Positions 26,197 through 35,558 of a stretch of 50,023 nt of DNA are shown here, piece after piece. Position 1 is the first letter of the stretch, and each line of letters starts with the position of its first letter. Made by a program: the position numbers and the translations under genes. The notes under the pieces were generated by a model, which made no database searches, had not been told where the DNA came from, and was given only the letters and a program-made list of their open reading frames with translations. This DNA is from Thermoprotei archaeon (GTDB lineage Archaea; Thermoproteota; Thermoprotei; Thermofilales; B15-G2), in the NCBI GenBank assembly GCA_003650815.1, contig QMSB01000003.1:1-50023 (forward strand), given 5' to 3'.

Positions 26197-28176
26197 TTAG
26201 CTCCAACTTTTTCCTGTTATTTTCTCGAATTCTTTAAGGAATCTTGTCCAGTATTCTTTTGCTGCTTCGACTTTGCTTTGCTTAACCTTCTCTAGCCACT
26301 TGGCCGCAGTCTCGTTTCCTTTCTTTGCTTCATCTTCAATATATGTTGCAAATATGTCTACTGTGCGCTCACTCTCCCAGAATACTGGCTTACATCCTGC
26401 TTTAATGTCATACTCTATGACTTTTTCTACAAGCTTCTTGCTGTGCTCGTAGAAGTTTATGTTTGCTCCTAGTACTGTGTTGAATAGTTTTTCAGATAAT
26501 TTCTCCCACCAGCCTCTGTGGAATCTACAGAAACCAAAGTTCTCCGAGTATAGCTCTTTGAATAATCTATCTGCGCACGCCTTAGCGAATTCTTCGGGCT
26601 CCATAAATGGTGCGTGGTACTTTGTCATGAATGTTCCTTGGAAGGGTAGTGGAACGATGAAGGCCGGGTCCCAGTACTGACAAGGAGTTATTGCTCCGTC
26701 TTCTCCGAATGGCACGTAGACTGCTATGTCTTTGAACTCTTTGCCCTTTTCTTTGACTCTGGTAGAGAATATTTCTGAGAGTTTCCTTGAGGCTCTTCTA
26801 ATGCCCTCTCCTATAGCTTTTAGAACTTCGTTTTCCGCGAAAGCTATTTTCTCTGCTAGCTGAGCTACGATCTCGGCGTTGTGTTTTGAATATTCTAGCT
26901 TAAAGCTTGCGACATCAAAGTACGGTTTGCCTGATACTCCTAAGTCGTCTGGTGTTAGCAGTCCTATGTGCAGTGCCTCTAGTACCCACGCAGCAGTATT
27001 TCCGAACTCTATTGCATCAAATCCCATTGTGTCTACTGCGTGTACTGCTGTATGTGCTGTGTCGAAGTCAAAGATTCCGCACAGAGGACCGTTGGCGCTG
27101 TAGGGCTCGTAGTCTACTTTATAGGGTCCTTCTACTTTCTTACATACTGCTACACAGGGTTCTCCGCAGGTCTTGAAGCTCTTCTTTTCTATTATTCTTT
27201 CATTAAACTGTTTAAGGTAGTGGTTTACAATATACTCGCTGTATATTTTGGTTCTAGTCTCTATATCTAGGTACATCTGAGTCCAGTTAAATAGTAGTGT
27301 TCTATCCTTTAGTGTGGAGTAGTTTCCTCCAAATGTTCCGCCCGACTTTATCTTCTCATTGTAGCGGTACTTGACTGTAGCTGAGGTCACTGCCTCCATG
27401 TATTTCTTACCTAGGTTTGCTGTGAAGACCTCGTCTAATTTGCTTACATTTTTGAGCATGTCTACTTTTCTCCAGTCGTAGTCTCCTCCAAAGGCTATTG
27501 CTACTACTCGGTGTGCCTTATATAAGACAGAGCCTCCACCACCTCTAGCCATCCAGTCCTCTGCGCCCTCCTCTACTTTATCTCCACGTAAGACAGCTGA
27601 AAACACTGCTCCGTTGTTAGTATTAACTGCTGCTGGTCCTATTACAGCTATTCTGAATGTCATATATTTACCGTCTTTAATATAAAAGTCTTTTACTTTA
27701 TCTAGAACATACTCGTGGAGAGCATAAACTCCTTTTTTGTCTTTGTAGCCTTTGAATATTTTGATAAGCTTCTCTTCGCTTATCGTCTCCCATTTAGCTT
27801 CAATTCCGTGCTCTGTTCCCTTGAGAGCAACTATTAATGGCTCACTGCTTTTTCCTTCGACTACTGAGAAGTCTACTCCTAGGTACTTGAAGGCATATGC
27901 AGCTCCTCCCATTGTTGACACGAAGAATCCGCCAGTGAGCGGTGATCTAAAGCATCCGATTAGCCTGTGCGATCCTGGTAGTACTCCACCTGCTAATTTT
28001 CCCATGCCTAAGCATATTACGTTGTGTTCATCGTAAACGTCGTACTTGTAGCTCTTATATAATTCTAGGTGACAGTGGATTCCCCAGTCGACGGGGCCTA
28101 TGATGTCTTCTTCATCCACCTCCTTTACTTTAACTGTTCGGCTGGCTACGTTTAGAAAAGCTACTTTATTCTTCAT
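26197..28176 (-). CDS. gor: Glyceraldehyde-3-phosphate:ferredoxin oxidoreductase (GAPOR)
   Basis: GPVDWG, STMGGA, ARGGGGSVL, GGTFG, TCGEPCVAVCKK, DYEPY, MGFDAIE, GFCRFHRGW, FWESER. Confidence 0.93.
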   Translation of the reverse strand: MKNKVAFLNVASRTVKVKEVDEEDIIGPVDWGIHCHLELYKSYKYDVYDEHNVICLGMGKLAGGVLPGSHRLIGCFRSPLTGGFFVSTMGGAAYAFKYLGVDFSVVEGKSSEPLIVALKGTEHGIEAKWETISEEKLIKIFKGYKDKKGVYALHEYVLDKVKDFYIKDGKYMTFRIAVIGPAAVNTNNGAVFSAVLRGDKVEEGAEDWMARGGGGSVLYKAHRVVAIAFGGDYDWRKVDMLKNVSKLDEVFTANLGKKYMEAVTSATVKYRYNEKIKSGGTFGGNYSTLKDRTLLFNWTQMYLDIETRTKIYSEYIVNHYLKQFNERIIEKKSFKTCGEPCVAVCKKVEGPYKVDYEPYSANGPLCGIFDFDTAHTAVHAVDTMGFDAIEFGNTAAWVLEALHIGLLTPDDLGVSGKPYFDVASFKLEYSKHNAEIVAQLAEKIAFAENEVLKAIGEGIRRASRKLSEIFSTRVKEKGKEFKDIAVYVPFGEDGAITPCQYWDPAFIVPLPFQGTFMTKYHAPFMEPEEFAKACADRLFKELYSENFGFCRFHRGWWEKLSEKLFNTVLGANINFYEHSKKLVEKVIEYDIKAGCKPVFWESERTVDIFATYIEDEAKKGNETAAKWLEKVKQSKVEAAKEYWTRFLKEFEKITGKSWS

Positions 28177-28246
28177 ACAGCACTACTTACAGCGAGTAAG
28201 TTATAAGAGTTACTAAGCAATATGTAAAGAAAATAAATTAAAGTAT

Positions 28247-29824
28247 CTAGATTACTCCCGCTTTTTTAGCCCAGGATACGTAGCCTTTGCGGGCGAGCGT
28301 GAATAAGTTTGCTCTTGGCTTAAAGCTTAGCTCTTTTTGCTTATACATTGTCTTGAAGGTCTTCATGTATTCTTCTTTGTTCTTCGCTGAAGTTAGTGCT
28401 TCAACAGCCTTCTCTGAGACATATAGGTCTATGTCTGCTTTAGGATGTTCTCCGAACTTTACTTTTATTGTGTCTTTCAGCCTTTCCACGTGGAACACTT
28501 TTCCTGAGACATGGTAATTTAACACCGAGCCCTTCTTTAGCTCACTAAATATCTCAGGGTGTGCTACTAGATACTCTGCTAGCTTCTTGCTAACGTCTAC
28601 CACTACTTCAGCAGGTTTCTCTATTTTAATTAAGTCTTTTACAAATACTATAAGGTCTACCATTTTATAGGGTTTCTCTTCAAGTTTTATTCCGTAACTT
28701 AGGTTTCTGTAGCAGAAGGGACAGCATGATAAGAGTACATCTGGCTTCACTTCATCAAAGTCTTTAAGCCTGTATTTCGCTACCTCTAGCGAGAGATCTG
28801 GATGGGACGATATTATAGACCCGCCGCAGCATATAGTGTATTCTCTAGTGCGTAGGGGCTCTACAAATTCTACTCCGGGTATTGCTTTTATCACATTTCT
28901 TGGCGCCTCGTATACTTGGCTGTGTCTTCCAAGGTGACAGGGATCATGGTATGTTACTCTGAGTTTCTCTTTCGGGCTTGTAAATGAAATTCTATTTTCC
29001 TTCAGTGCTGAGTCGAGGAGTTCTGCAGAATGTATTATCTTGAAGTCTAGTTTGAAGTACTTCGGGTAATATTCTTTGAATACTCTGTAGCAGCCTGCAC
29101 ACGATGTTATGACATATTCTGCTCCGGTTTTCTTTACTTGCTCGAGGTTATGAGATATAAAGTCTTTGATTTCCTTTTCTCCTCCAAAAATCATTGCCGC
29201 GAACCCGCAACACCACTCGTCTTCTAGTAGAGTAAAGTCTACTCCTAGCTTAGATAACACTTCTACAGTTGCTTGCGCGATTTCTGTTGTCACATGAGTG
29301 GCCGTGCACCCTACAAAGTACGCATATTTAGCACGTTCTCCTATTTTCACTGAAATGTTCTCAGGTAGATCTTCTAGCCACTCGAGTCTGTCTTCGTGAA
29401 GCTGTTTATATGGGTTATAGTTTTGTTTGAGAGACTTGAGAACTACTCTGTGAGAATCCATTATTAAGCCGTTCTCATAAAGGTCTTTTCTCAGGGCCTC
29501 CATTATTGATACAAAGTCTACTCCTTTACCCATTTTCGCTATACAGACTTCACGGCATAAACCGCATTCGAGACAGGTGTACATGTACTCTGCAAATTTC
29601 TCGTCGGGCTGTAGTCTTCCCTCGATTACTGCCTGAATATTTAATATTCTTCCTCTTGCAGTATAGGCATCAAAGCCTAGTAGCTCGCGTATTGGGCATA
29701 CTTTATATATGTTCTTGCCTGTTGAAGCTATTTTAATTGATTCTCTGCACTCTTGGCAGCGGGCACAGCTATATATTTCTTCTAAAACTTCTCTAATGTG
29801 TTTAAGTTTCATATATATCACCAA
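28247..29824 (-). CDS. Fe-S/CCG-domain oxidoreductase subunit (GlcF/HdrD-like) with an extra C-terminal SCP2-like domain
   Basis: CARCQEC..CP, CLECGLC..C, FVGC, WCCG, SCAGC, YHDPCHLGR, CCGG, CCPFC. Confidence 0.88.
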   Translation of the reverse strand: MVIYMKLKHIREVLEEIYSCARCQECRESIKIASTGKNIYKVCPIRELLGFDAYTARGRILNIQAVIEGRLQPDEKFAEYMYTCLECGLCREVCIAKMGKGVDFVSIMEALRKDLYENGLIMDSHRVVLKSLKQNYNPYKQLHEDRLEWLEDLPENISVKIGERAKYAYFVGCTATHVTTEIAQATVEVLSKLGVDFTLLEDEWCCGFAAMIFGGEKEIKDFISHNLEQVKKTGAEYVITSCAGCYRVFKEYYPKYFKLDFKIIHSAELLDSALKENRISFTSPKEKLRVTYHDPCHLGRHSQVYEAPRNVIKAIPGVEFVEPLRTREYTICCGGSIISSHPDLSLEVAKYRLKDFDEVKPDVLLSCCPFCYRNLSYGIKLEEKPYKMVDLIVFVKDLIKIEKPAEVVVDVSKKLAEYLVAHPEIFSELKKGSVLNYHVSGKVFHVERLKDTIKVKFGEHPKADIDLYVSEKAVEALTSAKNKEEYMKTFKTMYKQKELSFKPRANLFTLARKGYVSWAKKAGVI

Positions 29825-31229
29825 GGATCATAAATGCTCCAGGATTCATTATCATGTTCGGATCTAGAGACTTCTTTATCTTGACTAAGGTGTTCCACCA
29901 CTCTTTTCTGAGCAGTTCTACTACTATTGGGTACAATCCTACTCCTGTCCAGTAGAAGCATCCTCCATACTTTATTACTTCTCTTTTTCTCTCTTCCCAG
30001 TACTTCAGTACTACTTCTTTCTGCTTTTTATCTAAAGGATTAAAGTAGGGATGTGCTGTGAATACGCATACAGTTCTTCCCGCACACATAGCCGTTATTA
30101 TGTACTTTATTCCTAGTTCGTCGAATTTGTACTTCTTGAAGAGTTCAAGGGATTTCTTCGTTGCCTCTACTAGTCTGCTTGTCTCAAGTAAATGACACGA
30201 GCCAGCCCACTCTGAGCCCCATTCGAAGAGCGGCGTTATCATCTCATATTTCGATGTCCAGAAAATCTCTGGAAACATTATGCCTAAATCTACTCCTCCG
30301 TATTTTTTAGCAATAGAGTCCAAGTACTCTTTGATAGCTTCACCTATTTTCCTAGTTTCCGCCTCGATGACGTATACGAAAAGAGCCTCTATTCCAGCGA
30401 AGGCGACAGCTGCGTCTGGTAATATATACTCTATGCTTTTTCTGTTACAGAGTATTACCATGTCTTCTGCAAGTCCTGTTCTCTGAATACTGTAGAAAGC
30501 CTTTGCGCAGGACTCTAGGTCTTTGTATCCAAAACACCCATAGAGCACAGCTTCAGGTTTTGGGTAGATTCTCAGAGCTACTTTAGTTTTTACTCCGAGC
30601 ATACCGTGGTCTCCCAGAAATATTCCTGTTAGGTCAGGACCAAAGCAGTATCTTGCAAAACGCTTAGCATAAGGATTTACAGCAGTTCCTGTCTCGAGGA
30701 TTTCTCCCGTTGGAAGCACGACCTCTAAGGAGACTACACTATCTGGCGCTTGACCCCACTTGGCTCCTCCAAGCCCTGTTGAATTACATGAAATAGATCC
30801 TCCAACTGTAGCCGCGTGACCACTGTAGGGTCCTCTATATCCTAACTTAAATCCCTTTTTCTCTACTTCGTATAGAAGAGCCGCCCACGTTATTCCGGTT
30901 TCTGTCTCAACTATCAGTCTCTCTTCGTCTATGTCCAGTACTTTATTCAGTCTGGTCATGTCGATCACTATGCCTCCTTTAGTCGGGAGACAGGCGCCGC
31001 ACATCGAGGCTCTGCCACCAGTAGCCATTACCGGAGTTCTGGTCTCATTGGCTAGCTTCACTATATCTACTACTTCCTCTACTGAGCCTGGCCGCACTAC
31101 TATATCTGGCTTATGCGGAGGTAAAGGAGAAGCATCACGAGAATACGCGATTAAAACATATTCTTCATCGCTGGCATACTGGTCTCCTACAATCTCTTTG
31201 AGCTTGCTGAGGAGAGGATAGTTAGACAT
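29802..31229 (-). CDS. FAD-binding oxidoreductase (GlcD/D-lactate dehydrogenase/alkyl-DHAP synthase superfamily)
   Basis: PDIVVRP, IVIDMTRLNKV, ATVGGSIS, LEVVLPTGE, GPDLTGIF.G..G.LGV, KKSLDPNMIMNPG. Confidence 0.9.
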   Translation of the reverse strand: MSNYPLLSKLKEIVGDQYASDEEYVLIAYSRDASPLPPHKPDIVVRPGSVEEVVDIVKLANETRTPVMATGGRASMCGACLPTKGGIVIDMTRLNKVLDIDEERLIVETETGITWAALLYEVEKKGFKLGYRGPYSGHAATVGGSISCNSTGLGGAKWGQAPDSVVSLEVVLPTGEILETGTAVNPYAKRFARYCFGPDLTGIFLGDHGMLGVKTKVALRIYPKPEAVLYGCFGYKDLESCAKAFYSIQRTGLAEDMVILCNRKSIEYILPDAAVAFAGIEALFVYVIEAETRKIGEAIKEYLDSIAKKYGGVDLGIMFPEIFWTSKYEMITPLFEWGSEWAGSCHLLETSRLVEATKKSLELFKKYKFDELGIKYIITAMCAGRTVCVFTAHPYFNPLDKKQKEVVLKYWEERKREVIKYGGCFYWTGVGLYPIVVELLRKEWWNTLVKIKKSLDPNMIMNPGAFMILGDIYET

Positions 31230-31326
31230 GATGATCTGAAGTTAACTGTATGGTCGGCGTATAAATTATTTTCCACGTAAAAAGTAATGTTTAATAAGCT
31301 AGTCTACTATTGAACATTGTTGCTAG

Positions 31327-31374
31327 ATGATGAAGAATATTGAATGAACTGGTGATTGTCCGGATGCTCGCTGA
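31327..31374 (+). ncRNA. C/D box sRNA
   Basis: C ATGATGA 31327, D' ATGA 31344, C' CTGGTGA 31349, D CTGA 31371; TTTAATAA about 30 nt upstream. Confidence 0.78.
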
Positions 31375-31418
31375 TTTTGATAGAAATTCATAAAAACTTA
31401 GATAACGTTTAATACTCA

Positions 31419-32387
31419 ATGATATGGGCTGGAGTAGACGGCGGCGCCACAAAGACATTAGCACTAGTCTTGTCGGATAAAGGTGAAGTAGGTGTCGGAA
31501 TAAGTGGTCCGTCTAATTACCATGACGTAGGACTTGAGAAAGCGGTCGCAAATATCAGGGAAGCTATTGAGGGATCTTTAAAGGACATAGGGGAGCTCCC
31601 TGTTTTCGCCGCATGCTACGGACTAGCCGGATTAGATTCTCCCAGCGACTTTAAAATCGTAGAGAAGGCGATAGTTGAGGCAAATATAGCTGAGAAAAAT
31701 TTTGTAGTGCATGACTCTGTCATAGCTATCTATGGGGCTACAGGAGGTGAAGCAGGAATAATAGTTATAGCTGGGACAGGCTCTGTTGCTGCCGGAATAG
31801 ACGACGAAGGCAATTACGTTAGAGTAGGGGGATGGGGTCCCTTGCTGGGAGACGAGGGTAGTGCTTATATGATTGGAAGAGAAGCCTTAGCTCGCGCTCT
31901 AAAGGCATACGATGGTAGAGGAGAAAAAACTTCTCTACTTAATAGAATTAAGGAGAAGTTTGGCTTAAGTCAAGTAGAAGAGATAATTGACGTCTTCTAT
32001 AGGAAGGGTGTGAGTGTGACTGAAGTAGCTTCCCTAGCCAAAATAGTTAGCGAGGAAGCGCTCAAAGGAGATAGTGTCGCTATTGATATTTTAAGGAAAG
32101 CTGCAGAGGAGATAGGAATTCACATAGAGGCCGTATATCGTCGTTTAAATATGTCTGGCCGGGTGGATGTTGCTTTAATAGGAGGAGTCTTCAGAGCGGG
32201 AGAACTTGTGTTAGGACCTCTGAGAAGCTATTTATCTAGAAAAGGTATTGAAGTTAACTTGACTAAGCCTAGGTATCCTCCAGCCGTCGGAGCTTTAATA
32301 ATTGCTTTAAAGAAGACTAAACCTGAGCTCCTCTCCGTAGAGATTCTCGAGAAAGTAAGAACTATTGCAGAGAGATACTATGGTTAA
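31419..32387 (+). CDS. BadF/BadG/BcrA/BcrD-family sugar kinase (N-acetylglucosamine kinase-like)
   Basis: GVDGGATKT, GLAGLD, IAGTGS, GGWGPLLGDEGSAY, LIGGVF. Confidence 0.9.
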   Translation: MIWAGVDGGATKTLALVLSDKGEVGVGISGPSNYHDVGLEKAVANIREAIEGSLKDIGELPVFAACYGLAGLDSPSDFKIVEKAIVEANIAEKNFVVHDSVIAIYGATGGEAGIIVIAGTGSVAAGIDDEGNYVRVGGWGPLLGDEGSAYMIGREALARALKAYDGRGEKTSLLNRIKEKFGLSQVEEIIDVFYRKGVSVTEVASLAKIVSEEALKGDSVAIDILRKAAEEIGIHIEAVYRRLNMSGRVDVALIGGVFRAGELVLGPLRSYLSRKGIEVNLTKPRYPPAVGALIIALKKTKPELLSVEILEKVRTIAERYYG

Positions 32388-32640
32388 GTGCTCTGAATGC
32401 ATGTTTTTTGAAGAAATATATGAGGGGACGGGAAACTGCTTAAAGAAGAAAGTATATATTCTGCAGCCTGATCGTGAAAGAGACTGTGAGTTCTTCGTTC
32501 CTAGGGATGTTACTAGAGAAGATTTCTATGATAGAGTAATTCCGCTGATACTAAAGGAGAAGAGAAGAGGCGCGAAGAGAAGTCTATTTGATAGATTCAA
32601 AAAGTTTTTAAGTAAGTATGGTAAAGAGAGGGGGAAGTAG
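32380..32640 (+). CDS. Small Cys-containing hypothetical protein
   Basis: CSECMFF...GNC...CEFF, a putative metal site; overlaps the kinase stop. Confidence 0.65.
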   Translation: MVKCSECMFFEEIYEGTGNCLKKKVYILQPDRERDCEFFVPRDVTREDFYDRVIPLILKEKRRGAKRSLFDRFKKFLSKYGKERGK

Positions 32641-32645
32641 GTCGA

Positions 32646-32930
32646 GTGATATTCATGTTTGCGGCTAGTTATGACGAAATCGTCATAAGTTCCAGGAAAG
32701 GTATCACGATCTTTAACTTTCCGCTAAGATTTTATAAGAAATACTTAGCTGATAAGCTCAAGTTCGTGAATGTTTTATCAATAAAGAGAAGATACGATTA
32801 CTATGCTGGCCCCAGAGTGCTAGTCAAGGTAAAAGACCAAGACGCCGCAGAAATACGGGCGTATTTGCTTGTGGTTTTAAGCGAAGACTATGACTGGAAT
32901 CTATTAGAGTACTACGAGGAGAGTCTCTAG
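32646..32930 (+). CDS. Hypothetical protein
   Basis: 94-aa ORF tightly packed within the operon. Confidence 0.6.
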   Translation: MIFMFAASYDEIVISSRKGITIFNFPLRFYKKYLADKLKFVNVLSIKRRYDYYAGPRVLVKVKDQDAAEIRAYLLVVLSEDYDWNLLEYYEESL

Positions 32931-32932
32931 CA

Positions 32933-34087
32933 GTGATGAAATATTCTTTTTGTGTGACTACTAATAGAGGTCTAGAGGATATAGTAGCGAGAGAAATTTC
33001 TGTACTAGTGCCAGATGCCGAAAAACTGGAAATAGGCAAGTCTAGAGTATATTTCGAGGCAAATAAGGAAGCTGTTTACCTGCTCAATTTGTGGTCTAGA
33101 ACTATACATAGGCTTCTAATGGTCCTAGGCAGAGAGAGATGCAAGTCTTTAGAGGATATATACTGTTTCGTATCTTCTCTTGACTTCACAGGTATTATTG
33201 ATAGAAAACAGACGTTCGCTGTAAGAGCTGAGAGAAGCGGGAAACATAAGTTTTCGAGCCCTGAGATAGCTGCTACAGTGGGTCAAGCAATTATAGATAG
33301 TTATCTAAGAGATACTGGAGCAAGCCTGCGTGTTAACTTGAAGTTCCCGGACGTGGAGTTCATGTGTTACCTCGTAAACGATGATTTTATGATTACTGTT
33401 AATACTACTGGAGAGTCGCTACATAAGCGGAACTACCGAGTATATAATCATCCAGCAGCTCTTAAAGCCACGATCGCCTCTTCACTTATCATGCTGTCAG
33501 AGTGGAAAACAGAGGAGCCATTTCTTGACCCCATGTGCGGAGGAGGAACGATAGCTATAGAAGCAGCACTTATCGCTCGAAATATCGCTCCAGGACTCTT
33601 TAGAAAAGCTTCCTTTTTCTTTGAAAGACTTCTTCCTTTTGATAGAGATGAATATCTCAAGGTTAGAGACGAGGCTGAAAGAAGAGCCAATCATGGAGTA
33701 TACTCTATCACAGCTATCGATATATCGCCAAGGCATCTTAAAGGAGCGCACTTAAATGCATTAAGTGCAGGTGTACACGATACTATTAGATTTATTAAAG
33801 GTGATGCACGGTTTCTAGAAAAGTACATGGATATTCAGCCGCGGGTCGTAGTAGTTAATCCCCCTTACGGCATTAAGCTTACGAGAATGAAGCATGTCCC
33901 CATCCTTTATAGGGATTTCTTGAAATCCTTGAAAAAAGTTACTGAAAGAGCATGTTTAGTCGTGATTACAGCGGCTACTAGGGTATTTAGAGAAGCCTGT
34001 AAGGAGGCTGAAATCTCTATTGTTGAGAGAAGACTCATCTTACATGGAGCTCTGCAGACAACTGTATTTAAGTGTGTAATCGGGTAG
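32933..34087 (+). CDS. trm14: tRNA (guanine-N2)-methyltransferase, Trm14-like (THUMP + MTase)
   Basis: GLEDIVARE, THUMP TFAVRAERSGKHKFSS, SLHKRNYRVYNHPAAL, DPMCGGGTI, NPPYG. Confidence 0.88.
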   Translation: MMKYSFCVTTNRGLEDIVAREISVLVPDAEKLEIGKSRVYFEANKEAVYLLNLWSRTIHRLLMVLGRERCKSLEDIYCFVSSLDFTGIIDRKQTFAVRAERSGKHKFSSPEIAATVGQAIIDSYLRDTGASLRVNLKFPDVEFMCYLVNDDFMITVNTTGESLHKRNYRVYNHPAALKATIASSLIMLSEWKTEEPFLDPMCGGGTIAIEAALIARNIAPGLFRKASFFFERLLPFDRDEYLKVRDEAERRANHGVYSITAIDISPRHLKGAHLNALSAGVHDTIRFIKGDARFLEKYMDIQPRVVVVNPPYGIKLTRMKHVPILYRDFLKSLKKVTERACLVVITAATRVFREACKEAEISIVERRLILHGALQTTVFKCVIG

Positions 34088-34142
34088 CACCCGCTTTCAT
34101 CCTAGCCTCAAGAGGGGGTGTCGGCGGATGTCGCGGGCTCAG
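34088..34142. other. GC-rich structured element, candidate ncRNA or hairpin
   Basis: cccgc/gcggg, catcc/ggatg and gcc/ggc stems; the minus strand carries K-turn-like TTGA..GGATGA. Confidence 0.4.
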
Positions 34143-34196
34143 TCTTAGAGTCTGCTTCACAAATATATTTTTATCACGCTGCTCGATAGCCAAAAT

Positions 34197-34871
34197 ATGA
34201 TAGATATCTCGATAGCCGCTGATGTTAAAAGAGATTATGAAGGTATAGCTCTAGGTATAGGGATAGTCTCAGGTGTTACTGTTAGAAAGAGTGGAGATAA
34301 AGAGAGAAGGCTTCTAGAGAATATTACTTCGATTATCAGGTCTAGGTATTCGCTCGAGATTCTTAAAATAGATCCTGTTGTCCGTGCTTACCGAGACTTT
34401 TATTGGCGATTAGGCATAGATCCTACTAAGACTAGACCTGCTAGTGAGGCTCTTGTGAGACGGGCTCTGAGAGGGAAAATTCCTCTAATAAATAATGTTG
34501 TGGATGCTGGGAATGCTGCTTCTATGGAGACCTTAGTGCCGATAGGGCTTTATGACGTAGATAGGATAAAAGGAAATGTACTGCTTCGCTACGCAAAGGA
34601 GGGAGAATTCTTTCTTCCTATTGGTGGAAAGCCCGAGAAACTTACTAGGAAGAGTATTGTACTAGCCGACGAGGAGAAAGTACTTCACGTCTTTCCGCAT
34701 AGAGACTCTCAGTTTACTATGATAAGAGCCAGCACAAAAACTGTGCTGATAATATCGTGCGGTGTTCCTGGAGTACCTTTAGATTTAGTACAATCTGCTC
34801 TCAAAAAGACCATAAGGTATATTTTGCTACTAGCTGGGGGCAAGGTTTCCTTTGAGACCATTAGGCAGTAA
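34197..34871 (+). CDS. B3/B4-domain (PheRS beta-related) protein, putative tRNA trans-editing factor
   Basis: AYRDFYWRLGIDPTKTRPASEALVRR, INNVVDAGN, PIGLYD, HRDS. Confidence 0.9.
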   Translation: MIDISIAADVKRDYEGIALGIGIVSGVTVRKSGDKERRLLENITSIIRSRYSLEILKIDPVVRAYRDFYWRLGIDPTKTRPASEALVRRALRGKIPLINNVVDAGNAASMETLVPIGLYDVDRIKGNVLLRYAKEGEFFLPIGGKPEKLTRKSIVLADEEKVLHVFPHRDSQFTMIRASTKTVLIISCGVPGVPLDLVQSALKKTIRYILLLAGGKVSFETIRQ

Positions 34872-35417
34872 ACTGATGAAATTTTCAAAGTTCTCAAATT
34901 TCGACAAATAGTTTTCTATAATTTCCCTCTTCTTCTCTTTAGTTACATAGACTACTACCAGTCCTTCGCGGGGTTGTCCGTAGACAACCGCTGCCCCTAA
35001 AGGAGCCTCAACAATAGCGGGAAGTGTTAGCAGGTCTTCTTCTCCTTCAACTAATATTACATACTTTTCACAACTCTTCACCTCTCTTAGAGCCTTTCTT
35101 ACTGCTAAGTAAGCGTCAATAGTAATAGTGCTTCTCGGGTTACGTACTTTCAGAATTTTATAAGACGATAGAAGTAGCTCTGCTCTAGTATCTTTTTCCC
35201 TCAGAGTTCTTCTGTCTATTATACATACTTTGGGTTCTAGGCCAGCAGTTATGATATTATATGTGACAAAGTCTCCTACGGTGATTAATAGCCAAACACA
35301 CCACTTCGAAAGTTTCTGCTTCAGACATACTATTGTTTCAGAGGGGTGACCTCTAATTAAGAGACCTAGCGGCTTTCTTAGCGCAACTCTGAGCTCTTCT
35401 GTTAGCTTTAGCGACAT
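34830..35417 (-). CDS. GTP-dependent dephospho-CoA kinase family (DUF359)
   Basis: LRKPLG, TVGDFVT, IIDRRT.R, NP..TIT, VEGEEDLL, VYGQPREG. Confidence 0.88.
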   Translation of the reverse strand: MSLKLTEELRVALRKPLGLLIRGHPSETIVCLKQKLSKWCVWLLITVGDFVTYNIITAGLEPKVCIIDRRTLREKDTRAELLLSSYKILKVRNPRSTITIDAYLAVRKALREVKSCEKYVILVEGEEDLLTLPAIVEAPLGAAVVYGQPREGLVVVYVTKEKKREIIENYLSKFENFENFISLLPNGLKGNLAPS

Positions 35418-35558
35418 TACTTTTTCAATTAGTGTTAGGGAGAGACTCTCTAAAATACTTTCGGAAAAATATTACATCTAAAATCATTGAGAGAAATTTG
35501 ACCAGAGCATGAATAGCTAAAGATAAATATTATTTCACTTAGGAGTATCGAGGTAGTA

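Noticed and set aside
31228-31240. ATGATGATCTGA as a C/D sRNA
   Set aside because: Boxes C and D are adjacent with no guide between them, and it overlaps the start codon of the minus-strand gene.
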